64,000 nt of DNA from the NCBI GenBank assembly GCA_038243585.1, contig JBBSQY010000003.1, positions 32,001-96,000 of the forward strand, in the 5' to 3' direction. Below, piece by piece: positions 40,562 to 49,993 of the stretch. The stretch comes from Candidatus Sumerlaeales bacterium. Its GTDB lineage: Bacteria > Sumerlaeota > Sumerlaeia > Sumerlaeales > Sumerlaeaceae. The position numbers were made by a program, and so were the translations under genes. The stretch's first letter is position 1, and each line of letters begins with the position of its first letter. The notes under the pieces were generated by a model that was given only the letters and a program-made list of their open reading frames with translations, had not been told where the DNA came from and searched no databases.

Positions 40562-42067
40562 ATGATAAAACACACTAACTCTTTAGCGGCAATTGTTGCA
40601 TTCTCAATGACAATGGGATCAGCATGGGCTCAGCCCGCTGCCGCGCCACAAACAACCGGCACTTCACAGTTGGCCCCACCGCCACCTGACCAGGTGCTCA
40701 CGAGATACACGTTTCGCAATGTCGCGAAAAAAGTGACGCCTTCCGTCGTTAATATTAAAATTAAAAGCAACATCGTTATGGGTCGCAACAGTCAAATACC
40801 TCCGGGGTACGGACTGGATAAAGAGATGCGAGAGTATCTCGAACGGCTTTTCGAAAGTGAGAGTTGGAACAAGAACCCCGGGTATGGCGAAGATTATAAG
40901 TATGCTCGTTCTGGCAGTGGCGTCCTAATTCGTGAGGACGGCTATATCGTGACCAGCATGCACGTAGTCGATAATGTTGAGGGGGAAGACATTGAAATTT
41001 CGCTATCGGACGGTCGCAAATTCACTAATATTGAAATCGTGGGAACAGACAAACTGACCGATCTTGCCGTGATTAAAATTAACGACGCTGCCACTTCTGC
41101 GTTGCCCCATCTAGAGTGGGCCAATAGCGATTTGATGGAGGTCGGAGATCACGTGATTGCTGTCGGAAATCCGTTAGACTTTACAAACAGCGTTTCCGAG
41201 GGAATAGTAAGTGCCAAACACCGGACCATTAACAAAGCCGCTATCGAGGATCTGTTGCAGACCACCGCGATGATCAATCCTGGAAACTCTGGCGGTGCAC
41301 TGGTGGATTTAGACGGTAATCTGGCAGGTATTAACATGGCCATCGCCACAAGTACCGGTATGTGGAGCGGCTTGGGTTTTGCGATTCCCAGCAAGTCCGC
41401 CAAAGTGGTTACCGAGCAAATCATGAACAAGGGCAAAGCGCTGCGCGGTTACCTTGGCATTCAAATGGATGAGCTGAAAATCGGGCTTGCCAAACAACTT
41501 GGTTATGACCAGGATTATGGTATTGCTGTGGTCGATGTGACAGCAGGTACAGCAGCCGAAAAGGCCGGCATTCAGAATTACGATATTATTGCCAGCGTGA
41601 ACGGCACGAAGATAAAAAACCTCTTCGATATGCATCGAAACATTGGAAATGTGCCAGCAGGCACCTCTGTAGAGCTGGAGATTTGGCGCGATGACGGCGA
41701 CGGAAAACTGAAACAGATAAAAGTGCCGGTAGTTCTGGGGGAACGGCCTGACGATCAGTCTCTGCAAAGTAGCAATCCCGCCAAACGTCCGGAGTTGCCA
41801 GGCACCAGTCCAGACGACAAGCTCCTCGGAATGAAGCTGGAGCCGGGGCCTAACAATTCGGGCCTGCTGGTTAAAGATGTCAGCCCGAAATCCCCAGTGG
41901 AAGAAGCGGACATTAAAGTTGGTGACGTGATCCTCCAGGTTAACCGCAAGCCTGTTTCGTCTGTGGAAGAGTTTAAAGAGGCGCTGAAGAGCAGTAACAC
42001 GGGAAGCCACATGCTTTATATTGAACGTAACGGAACTGCAATGCTGCAGATGGTTCCCGGCGACTAA
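40562..42067 (+). CDS. htrA: DegP/DegQ-type serine protease with two PDZ domains
   Basis: Signal peptide; GSGVLI..IVTSMHVV, TDLAVIKI, INPGNSGGAL, RGYLGI; two PDZ domains. Confidence 0.95.
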   Translation: MIKHTNSLAAIVAFSMTMGSAWAQPAAAPQTTGTSQLAPPPPDQVLTRYTFRNVAKKVTPSVVNIKIKSNIVMGRNSQIPPGYGLDKEMREYLERLFESESWNKNPGYGEDYKYARSGSGVLIREDGYIVTSMHVVDNVEGEDIEISLSDGRKFTNIEIVGTDKLTDLAVIKINDAATSALPHLEWANSDLMEVGDHVIAVGNPLDFTNSVSEGIVSAKHRTINKAAIEDLLQTTAMINPGNSGGALVDLDGNLAGINMAIATSTGMWSGLGFAIPSKSAKVVTEQIMNKGKALRGYLGIQMDELKIGLAKQLGYDQDYGIAVVDVTAGTAAEKAGIQNYDIIASVNGTKIKNLFDMHRNIGNVPAGTSVELEIWRDDGDGKLKQIKVPVVLGERPDDQSLQSSNPAKRPELPGTSPDDKLLGMKLEPGPNNSGLLVKDVSPKSPVEEADIKVGDVILQVNRKPVSSVEEFKEALKSSNTGSHMLYIERNGTAMLQMVPGD

Positions 42068-42290
42068 ATAACAGAAATTCCTTTTGGTTCCCGGCGGCGG
42101 TGACAATACTGTTCCCCCGGCAGGTTTCCGTCGCCGGCGAGCCAAAGCATTAATCTACAGGGCTTTTGACTGAAAACAATAGAAATTGAATCTTGCGTGG
42201 ACTATTTCCGGACGTACCGATCTTTAAATTGTAGGCCATGCGGCTTTAAACCGAGTATGACTTGACGGTGAAGGGTAGAGAAAACAACCA

Positions 42291-43328
42291 ATGAATTCTG
42301 AACTTGATAATCTTTCAGCGCAGATACGCGAAGCCAGCACTTTTGTCGACAGGATAACATCCGAGGTCGGTAAAGTGATCGTAGGTCAGCGTTACATGAT
42401 CGATCGCCTGTTGATCGGCCTGTTGTCCAACGGCCATGTATTGCTGGAGGGCGTGCCAGGACTGGCAAAAACCTTGGCAGTTAAAACTTTGAGCCAGGCC
42501 ATTAGTGCCGACTTTCAGCGAATACAGTTTACGCCTGACCTACTACCGGCCGATCTTGTCGGTACGCTGATTTTTAATCAGAAGGAAGGGACGTTTGAGC
42601 CCCGCCGCGGCCCTGTGTTTACGAACCTTGTGCTGGCCGACGAACTGAACCGCGCGCCGGCCAAAGTGCAGAGCGCATTGCTTGAGTGTATGCAGGAGCA
42701 CCAGGTAACCATTGGCGACACCACTTACCCGCTGCCGGAACCATTTCTCGTGCTGGCTACGATGAACCCCATCGAACAGGAAGGCACCTACGCCCTCCCC
42801 GAGGCACAGGTTGATCGGTTCATGTTGAAATTGAAGGTTACCTACCCTTCTAAAAAAGAAGAACGTGCGATACTCGATCGCATGACCGATCCTCAGTTAC
42901 CTGCGGCCGAGTCAGCAGACGCCGTTACTTCCAGTGAGGTTGGAGACAGTTTTGGAGTCCGTCCTGTGGCTACGACTGCGGACATTATGACAGCGCGCCA
43001 TCTGGCAAAGCAGATTTATATCGACGAAAAAGTAAAAAATTATATTCTGGATATTGTTATCGCTACGCGCCGCCCGGAAGAATACAAAATTGATGTTGGG
43101 CAGTATATTGAATACGGGGCAAGCCCTCGCGCGACCATTAGTCTGGCGCTGGCGGCAAAGGCATATGCGTTCCTCCGTCATCGGGCTCACGTAACCCCGG
43201 ATGACATTAAAACAATTGGAATGGACGTATTGCGTCACCGGGTCATTACAACTTATGAAGCGGAAGCCGAAGAGATTTCCAGCGAGGATATCATAAAGAA
43301 AATCTTTGATGAGGTGCCGGTGCCCTGA
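42291..43328 (+). CDS. moxR: MoxR family AAA+ ATPase
   Basis: LLEGVPGLAKT, RIQFTPDLLPAD, LADELNRAPAKVQSALLE, ATMNPIEQEGTY, YGASPRA. Confidence 0.96.
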   Translation: MNSELDNLSAQIREASTFVDRITSEVGKVIVGQRYMIDRLLIGLLSNGHVLLEGVPGLAKTLAVKTLSQAISADFQRIQFTPDLLPADLVGTLIFNQKEGTFEPRRGPVFTNLVLADELNRAPAKVQSALLECMQEHQVTIGDTTYPLPEPFLVLATMNPIEQEGTYALPEAQVDRFMLKLKVTYPSKKEERAILDRMTDPQLPAAESADAVTSSEVGDSFGVRPVATTADIMTARHLAKQIYIDEKVKNYILDIVIATRRPEEYKIDVGQYIEYGASPRATISLALAAKAYAFLRHRAHVTPDDIKTIGMDVLRHRVITTYEAEAEEISSEDIIKKIFDEVPVP

Positions 43329-43383
43329 TGCGGCTTGTTAGCGCGGGCAATGCATGGGCTCATGCCTGGAAAGTCATCGACCA

Positions 43384-44262
43384 ATGATCCCAAATGAAAT
43401 CTTGGCGAAAGTTCGCCAAATCGAGATATACACCGATCGGCTTGTCAACGATGTGATGGCGGGGAGCTATCACAGCACCTTCAAAGGGCGTGGCATGGAG
43501 TTCGAGGATGTGCGCGAGTACAATCCGGGAGACGACGTAAGAGCTATCGATTGGAACGTAACTGCTCGCACCGGAACGCCCTTCATTAAGCGATTTCGCG
43601 AAGAGCGGGAGCTAACAGTGATGCTGATGGTGGATCTGAGCGGAAGTACCGATTTCGGAACCGTGGACCAGACCAAGGGAGAAATGGCGGCGGAGATGTG
43701 CGCACTGCTGGCGTTTAGCGCTTTGAAAAACAACGACCGGGTTGGGCTTCTCATTTTTACGGATCGCATTGAAAAATTTATCCCGCCCAAAAAGGGCAAG
43801 AATCACGGTCTGAGAGTAGTGCGTGAAATCCTTTTCCACAAGCCTATGCACCGGGGCACAAGCATACCAGTGGCAGTCGAACATGTTATGAAAGTATTGA
43901 AGCGCAAAAGTGTTGTGTTTCTAATCAGCGATTTTTTGCCTTCCGCCGGCCTGCGGAGACCGCTGTCCACTCTTAACAATCGGCATGACCTGATCGCTAT
44001 CAGGATTAGCGATCCTCGGGAGCGTGAGATGCCGGCTATGGGGCTGGTGCAGTTCCATGATCCAGAGACCGGACAAGTTCTTTTTGTTGATACATGGAAA
44101 GCGGACTTTCGCAACAAGTACGCAGAGGTAACCGAGCGGGTCAGTAAAGAGATTTTACACCTTTTCAAGCAATTGAAAATCGACAGCATGGATGTGCAGA
44201 CAGGCCGTCCGTACATTGAAGCAATGGTTCAGTTATTTAAACGGAGAGCGCTAAGGCAATAA
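43384..44262 (+). CDS. DUF58 (VWA-like) MoxR partner
   Basis: FKGRGMEFEDVREYNPGDDVRAIDWNVTAR, REERE, DLSGS, FLISDF. Confidence 0.93.
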   Translation: MIPNEILAKVRQIEIYTDRLVNDVMAGSYHSTFKGRGMEFEDVREYNPGDDVRAIDWNVTARTGTPFIKRFREERELTVMLMVDLSGSTDFGTVDQTKGEMAAEMCALLAFSALKNNDRVGLLIFTDRIEKFIPPKKGKNHGLRVVREILFHKPMHRGTSIPVAVEHVMKVLKRKSVVFLISDFLPSAGLRRPLSTLNNRHDLIAIRISDPREREMPAMGLVQFHDPETGQVLFVDTWKADFRNKYAEVTERVSKEILHLFKQLKIDSMDVQTGRPYIEAMVQLFKRRALRQ

Positions 44263-44263
44263 T

Positions 44264-45730
44264 ATGAAACGTCGACTTCGCCAACACCCACAGCATCACC
44301 CATCGCACAACGAACAGGACGGCAGGCGGAATCGCCGTATGCCTTACGGGCTTATCTGGCTGGTCCTCACAGTGCTCGTTCTGGTGCTGGTCATTGTTTA
44401 TGACCGGCGATCCATTGACCAGGCTAAAGGTCATATTGAGACCGGTCATGAACTGGAAACTACGGGACTCTACATCGAAGCGCTGAACGAGTATGAGCAG
44501 GCCTTCGAAAATAAGCGCCTCGGCCGAAAAGCCAAAGGCGACGTAGCGCTGGCAATGGCAAACATCTATTATGAGTACTTGGAAGACTATCCGACGGCAA
44601 ATAGATATTACGTTCAGGCTCGTCAGATTTCACCTTCAACAATGAACGCGGAGGATGTGCAGGAGCGCGCCAGGAACGCCGCCGTCCGAGCTAAAGGATC
44701 CGGCGTTTTTAAAGCCAAACCCACAAGTAACAACGGTGTCACAACAAAGACGATTATCCAACGGGTTGATCTGTTGCAGGCACCCCAGGCTGACTTGCAG
44801 GGACCTGTAGTAGCTACCTACAATGGTGGCGAAATTCGAGCAGGCCACCTGCTGCGCGCGTTAGAAAAACGCCCTGAATTTTTGCGTCCGGATTTTCGCG
44901 AGAGTCCTGAAAAGCTTGAGAGTTTTCTGAATGGCATCGTGCGTGAAACGATGGCCTACGAGGCGGCGGTAAAAACCGGAGTCCATAAGGATCCCGATGT
45001 GACCTCCCGTCTGTACGATTATCAAAAGTCGCTGGTGACCCAGCGTTACCTGGTGGATCGCCGCGAAGAGGCTATGGTAGTGGATAACGCCGACGTGGAA
45101 AAGTATTACCGTGAGCATTTAAACGATTATGTGAAGCCTGGCCAGATCAACGTATCTGTTATAAAGTCGGACTCTGAAACTTCGGCGGCGGAAATTCTGC
45201 AGATGCTCAGGACGGGCCAGCGTTTTGAGGAAGTAGCCACGAGCTTCTCCATCGAGCAGACTTCCGCGGCTCGCGGCGGAGACATCGGAACGATAACGGA
45301 AAAAGACACGTCGGTTAGTGGAGTCGGTGAAGTGCCGCGGGTCGTCGAAGCCTTGTTTAAGTTACCTGTATATTCCGTGTCCGAAGTGACGCCGGTCGGC
45401 GATTCCTATTATATCTTTCGGATCAGCAGTGTGGTGCCTGCTCTTAACATCACGCTGGACGAGGCACGAGGTAAAATAGAAAACATCCTCCGTGGACGCG
45501 CAGTGGATCAGGCTCGTTCAGGACTGGATGAGGACATGAAAAAAGTCTTCGACCCACAAGTGAACGAGGAAGGTCTTGAACGGTTTTGGGATTTTGCGAG
45601 GCAAACCCACAGCCTTAATGACGACTCAACCACGGCTTCATCCACAGCGACCGAGTCGTCGTCCGATGCGGATACGACCACTGTAAGCGTAACCGACTTT
45701 AGTTCATCCGGGAGCGCCACTGTTCATTGA
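44264..45730 (+). CDS. Membrane-anchored TPR + PrsA-like parvulin-domain protein
   Basis: TM anchor, two TPRs, then VVATYNG..YYREH..FEEVATSFS..RGGDIG..VSEV; Ser/Thr-rich tail. Confidence 0.8.
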   Translation: MKRRLRQHPQHHPSHNEQDGRRNRRMPYGLIWLVLTVLVLVLVIVYDRRSIDQAKGHIETGHELETTGLYIEALNEYEQAFENKRLGRKAKGDVALAMANIYYEYLEDYPTANRYYVQARQISPSTMNAEDVQERARNAAVRAKGSGVFKAKPTSNNGVTTKTIIQRVDLLQAPQADLQGPVVATYNGGEIRAGHLLRALEKRPEFLRPDFRESPEKLESFLNGIVRETMAYEAAVKTGVHKDPDVTSRLYDYQKSLVTQRYLVDRREEAMVVDNADVEKYYREHLNDYVKPGQINVSVIKSDSETSAAEILQMLRTGQRFEEVATSFSIEQTSAARGGDIGTITEKDTSVSGVGEVPRVVEALFKLPVYSVSEVTPVGDSYYIFRISSVVPALNITLDEARGKIENILRGRAVDQARSGLDEDMKKVFDPQVNEEGLERFWDFARQTHSLNDDSTTASSTATESSSDADTTTVSVTDFSSSGSATVH

Positions 45731-46836
45731 GAACTGTACGCGCCATAGTCTCTTCTCTGTTGCCCTTATTGCTGTTGCTTCCGGCGGCACACGCTGCTGC
45801 TCAGCAGGGAGACAGCTATCCAAGGGTTGAGACAAGGGTGGAACCCACGTCAGGAACGGTGGGGGCGCGATTCAGTCTCATTGTTTCGGCGACAGCACCT
45901 GATCTCCAGAATCTGGAGACGCTTCCGCTATTTGAAACTCAAACCACGTGGACGGCGATAGGTGATCCGCAGGTTTCTGATTCTCCTCGCGGCGCCCTTC
46001 ACACGCGCACCTATACTTATACGATTGTTCCCTTTGAAACCGGACGTGAAGCCGTTCCCGCAATTGCAGTGACTTACTCTCCCAAAGACGGTGCCACGTC
46101 AAATACGGTGCTTTCCGAGCCGCTTTGGGTTGAAGTGAACAGCGTGCTAAGCGGCAATGGGTCGGCCTCGGCGCTGAGAGAGGTAAGCCCGCCAACGGCG
46201 CTGCCAGTTCCAGCCGCAGTTGTGTGGACTAGCGCAATAATACTACTATTATTGGTAGGTCTACTCGGCTGGTGGTTGTGGCGTCGTTACTCAGCCAGAC
46301 TGAAACGAATGCTTGGCCGTGCGCTTTCGCCGCCAGAGCTGGCTCTCAAACAGATCGACGACTTGGAAAACGAGCGGCTGATCGAACACAAAAAAATCAA
46401 AGAATTTTATACGCGCCTGTCCGACGCTATGCGAGAGTATGTTCAAGCCGCTTACGGCGTCCAGGCCATGGATCTTACTTCCAACGAGCTTCTGCGAGAG
46501 CTCGACGAGCGGGCGGGTTATCAGCCGGCAGAGAACGCGGACGGATACCGACGCGCTGTCGCCCGCCTGTCAGAAATGCTGGACGAGGCCGATTTGGTAA
46601 AGTTTGCTCGCCTGATGCCAGAAGTATCCCGATGCCGCAAAGCTTTGCAGTCCGGTCGCGACGTTGTTATGCTAACCAAATATAGATTTGAACCTGTAGA
46701 AGATCCCGCATCCAATAGGCGCAATGCACGCGTTGGGGGCCCGCCTTCGCCGCCTCCAGTACCATCGCCGGCTGCTGGTCCCACAGCGCCTCCATACCCC
46801 GCTGAATCTAATCAGCAGTCAGAGGGGTCGAGATGA
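45727..46836 (+). CDS. Bat-operon membrane protein (BatD-like Ig domain + TM + cytoplasmic domain)
   Basis: Signal peptide, Ig-like domain, TM, KEFYTRLSDAMREY..AMDLTSNE..ADLVKFAR. Confidence 0.8.
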   Translation: MRTVRAIVSSLLPLLLLLPAAHAAAQQGDSYPRVETRVEPTSGTVGARFSLIVSATAPDLQNLETLPLFETQTTWTAIGDPQVSDSPRGALHTRTYTYTIVPFETGREAVPAIAVTYSPKDGATSNTVLSEPLWVEVNSVLSGNGSASALREVSPPTALPVPAAVVWTSAIILLLLVGLLGWWLWRRYSARLKRMLGRALSPPELALKQIDDLENERLIEHKKIKEFYTRLSDAMREYVQAAYGVQAMDLTSNELLRELDERAGYQPAENADGYRRAVARLSEMLDEADLVKFARLMPEVSRCRKALQSGRDVVMLTKYRFEPVEDPASNRRNARVGGPPSPPPVPSPAAGPTAPPYPAESNQQSEGSR

Positions 46837-47852
46837 ATCTGGATGGCCTGAACTCATTCGCGGCGGATCAATACGGCGATTCTATATTTAGGGTAGGCTT
46901 GCCCTGGGTGCTTCTACTTTTGCTCCTCCTGCCTTTTTTGCTCTGGTGGCTTCGCCATCGGGAACGTCGTCGCACTACCACTATCTCTCTTCCAGTTGCG
47001 CAGCTGGCCACATCCATTAGCGCTGGAAATCCTCGGCGCTGGCGACTGATGCTGGACGTTATGCGCATTGTGGCCCTGGCCCTCTTCATAATCGCAATGG
47101 CCCGCCCGCAGTATGGCCGTATAGAGCGAGAAACCTTTAGCGAGGGTATAGATATTGCCCTGGTTCTGGACGTGTCGCTGTCCATGCGCGCAGGAGATTT
47201 TCAGCCCAATCGCCTGGAAGCCGCAAAAGACGTCATAAAGCAGTTTGTACTGGAGCGGCGGGGAGATCGCCTGAGTCTTGTGATTTTCGGCGGCGAAGCA
47301 GCCACCCTGGTTCCGCTTACGCTTGATTCAGACGTGGTTTATTCCTTTGTTGAGCGGGTACGTTTTAATCTGGTCAGTGGAGATACCACTGCCATCGGAA
47401 TGGGTTTGGCCACGGCGCTCGATCGTCTTCGCGAGAGCAAGGCCAAAAGTAAAGTCGTTATTCTGCTTACTGATGGTGAAAACAACGCTGGCAAAATCGA
47501 CCCCCAAAAAGCCGCGGAAGCCGCCCGGGCACTAGGCGCAAAAGTTTACACAATCGGCGTAGGCAGCAACTCGCCACAAATCGGACCCTTCGGTATGCGG
47601 GTGGATGCCGGGCTGGACGAGGCCAGTTTAACCAAAATGGCAGAGGTCACTGGAGGAAAATACTTCCGGGCTGGAGACGAAGAGAAGCTGCGTGATATTT
47701 ATCAGCAAATTGATAAGCTTGAGAAATCAAAAATCGAATCAACGCAATTTGACAATTTTAACGAACTTCTCCACTGGTTCGTTCTGCCGGCCCTCTGCCT
47801 GCTCCTCATCGAACTTGCCCTTAGATCAACGAGGTTTATTTTATTGCCATGA
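46833..47852 (+). CDS. batA: VWA domain membrane protein BatA
   Basis: MARPQ, GIDIALVLDVSLSM (MIDAS), PNRLEAAK, TAIGMGL, ILLTDGENN, IDKLEKS. Confidence 0.92.
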   Translation: MNLDGLNSFAADQYGDSIFRVGLPWVLLLLLLLPFLLWWLRHRERRRTTTISLPVAQLATSISAGNPRRWRLMLDVMRIVALALFIIAMARPQYGRIERETFSEGIDIALVLDVSLSMRAGDFQPNRLEAAKDVIKQFVLERRGDRLSLVIFGGEAATLVPLTLDSDVVYSFVERVRFNLVSGDTTAIGMGLATALDRLRESKAKSKVVILLTDGENNAGKIDPQKAAEAARALGAKVYTIGVGSNSPQIGPFGMRVDAGLDEASLTKMAEVTGGKYFRAGDEEKLRDIYQQIDKLEKSKIESTQFDNFNELLHWFVLPALCLLLIELALRSTRFILLP

Positions 47853-49993
47853 GATTCGCTATTCCCCATATGCTCTGGCTTCTTATCCTATTGCCAGTTG
47901 TTGGCGCGTTTCTGGTTTGGGCGGTTGGGCACCGGAGGGCGCTGCTGGGCCGCTTTGGCTCAGACAAGGCTCTGGCTAAGCACGGAATCGCTGCCATAAA
48001 TGCCATAAGCTGGGTGCGCATTGGTCTCTTTCTCCTGGGTCTTGCCGCTGTCATCTTAGGCTTGGCCCGGCCACAGTGGGGCTATCACGAGCGCCAAGTG
48101 GTAACACGCGGTGTCGATATGGTTATTGCCGTTGATACATCCGCCAGCATGATGGCTAAGGATTTTCCGCCAAACCGCCTCTCGAGGGCAAAAGATCTGT
48201 TGAAAAACCTGATTTGGGAAGCGCGGGGGGATCGGGTCGGCATAGTTGCCTTCTCAGGCAGCGCTCTCGTCATGTGCCCGCTCACTTTGGATTATAACAT
48301 GGCTGCCACGGCATTAAAAGCGGTGGACGTGAACACGGTATCGACAAGAGGGACAAACATCGGAGCGGCAATTAATGCGGCCAAAGGGGCTTTTGATATT
48401 TCTGGATCCAACGACCGCATATTAGTGCTCCTCACTGACGGCGAGCAAATGGAGTTGACGGAAGAGCTCGATGCGGCGATAAGCGAGGCCAAAGAAGTTA
48501 ACATAAAAATCTTCTCAATCGGCCTCGGCACCGCTGACGGAGCAGTTATACCCACCATGGCTGGACCGAAAAAAGACGCTACAGGAAATGTTGTCCGTAC
48601 CAGCCTGGATTTTGAAACCTTAAAGAAAATTTCTTCTGCAACGGGCGGTCAGGCGATTCGCGCGGAAAAAATCGGCGCCGGAGAGATCGCCGATATTACC
48701 AGCGCTCTTTCTCAATTCCGGGGCCGCAAACAGCAGGATAAGACTTACAAGGTTTTCCATGATCGATATCCATGGTTCCTTGGAGCAGCGCTGCTCTTTT
48801 TTGTCGCGGAGGCGCTGCTGGCAGGAGTCCATCACTGGAGTTGGCTACGCCGGAGGCGGAGAATCGCTTCTGGAACAGGCTTATTGTTTGTCGCTATTGT
48901 CACCGGCCACGGTGCCGCGTTTGCCTACCCCGGAGAGGATTTTGTTCGGTCAAGAGACGCCCTGCAAAAATACCGTGCCGGAGATTACAATCAATCTACT
49001 TCCCTTTATGATCAGGCGGCGAAGCTGGATCCACAAGATCCGCAGATTCATTATAACTTGGGTGCCGCCGCTTCGAAAGCGGGTAAGGTCGACGCTGCAC
49101 GGGAAGCTTTTGGAAAGGTATATGATCCGACTCAGCCCGCGCTGAACGCCGAAGCAAGATTTGGAATGGCGATTCTAAACCATCGTGACGTGCGAAAGGT
49201 TATCGCCGAAAACAAAGAACAGTGGGCTCCTAAGCTGGCCTCGGGTGATGAGGCCGCGACAAAAGAAGTTAAAGATGCCATCAGTAAGCTGAAGGAAATT
49301 ATTGGCGAGTACAAGGAAACCATTCTTGCCAAGCCGGACGACATTGACATGAAAGCCAATTACGAATTGGCGAAGAAAGACTTGGAAGAGCTGGAAAAGC
49401 TGCTGCAGGATAATCAGAGCGAACAGCAGCAACAACAACAACAGGACCAGCAACAGAAAAACGAAGAAGAAAAGAAAGACGAACAGAAGCAAGGCGAAGA
49501 TCAGAAGGACAAGCAGGATTCTCAGGGGAAAGAAGGTGAGAAGGGCAAGGACGACCCAAAACCTGGTGAAGATTCAAAACCAGGCGAAAATCCCCCTGAG
49601 GATAAGCCGAAGGATAACCCTGGAGACCAGCCCGACGAGGAAAAAACTCCAGAGGGCAAAGAAGATGAAAAAAAGCCGGGAGAGGACAAGCCAGATGACG
49701 CAACCGGCGATAAGCCCGGTGACCAGAAAAAGCAGGACGGGAAGCCTGACCCAAAGGGAACTCCTGCGCCAACCCCGACACCATCGCCAACACCAACAGG
49801 CACTTCTGGTCCGGGTGAAACTCCCGGGCAGGGGAGCGAACCTTCCCAGCAGGGTCAGCCAGTTCCTGTGGGCCAGATGAGCCCTACAGACGTTGACCGT
49901 TTACTGAATACCCTACCACCCGAAGATCAGCGCGCGCTGCAATTGATGATGGGCGCACCGACCGATCAGCAGGACATGAAAAATGACTGGTAG
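47849..49993 (+). CDS. batB: BatB (VWA) - BatC (TPR) fusion with Q/K/D/E/P-rich linker
   Basis: LARPQWG, DTSASM MIDAS, LLTDGE; then TM, TPRs (HYNLG), low-complexity tail and terminal KNDW. Confidence 0.85.
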   Translation: MRFAIPHMLWLLILLPVVGAFLVWAVGHRRALLGRFGSDKALAKHGIAAINAISWVRIGLFLLGLAAVILGLARPQWGYHERQVVTRGVDMVIAVDTSASMMAKDFPPNRLSRAKDLLKNLIWEARGDRVGIVAFSGSALVMCPLTLDYNMAATALKAVDVNTVSTRGTNIGAAINAAKGAFDISGSNDRILVLLTDGEQMELTEELDAAISEAKEVNIKIFSIGLGTADGAVIPTMAGPKKDATGNVVRTSLDFETLKKISSATGGQAIRAEKIGAGEIADITSALSQFRGRKQQDKTYKVFHDRYPWFLGAALLFFVAEALLAGVHHWSWLRRRRRIASGTGLLFVAIVTGHGAAFAYPGEDFVRSRDALQKYRAGDYNQSTSLYDQAAKLDPQDPQIHYNLGAAASKAGKVDAAREAFGKVYDPTQPALNAEARFGMAILNHRDVRKVIAENKEQWAPKLASGDEAATKEVKDAISKLKEIIGEYKETILAKPDDIDMKANYELAKKDLEELEKLLQDNQSEQQQQQQQDQQQKNEEEKKDEQKQGEDQKDKQDSQGKEGEKGKDDPKPGEDSKPGENPPEDKPKDNPGDQPDEEKTPEGKEDEKKPGEDKPDDATGDKPGDQKKQDGKPDPKGTPAPTPTPSPTPTGTSGPGETPGQGSEPSQQGQPVPVGQMSPTDVDRLLNTLPPEDQRALQLMMGAPTDQQDMKNDW
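49422..49800 (+). repeat. Low-complexity coding repeats: poly-Q, KPG(E/D) units, PT/PS run
   Basis: CAA/CAG run, recurring KPGED/KPGEN/KPGDQ, then TPAPTPTPSPTPT. Confidence 0.8.

Noticed and set aside
42082..42147. Hairpin as SRP RNA or 6S RNA
   Set aside because: Lacks the SRP CAGG..GGAA..AGCAG core and is too short for 6S; kept only as an unassigned structure.
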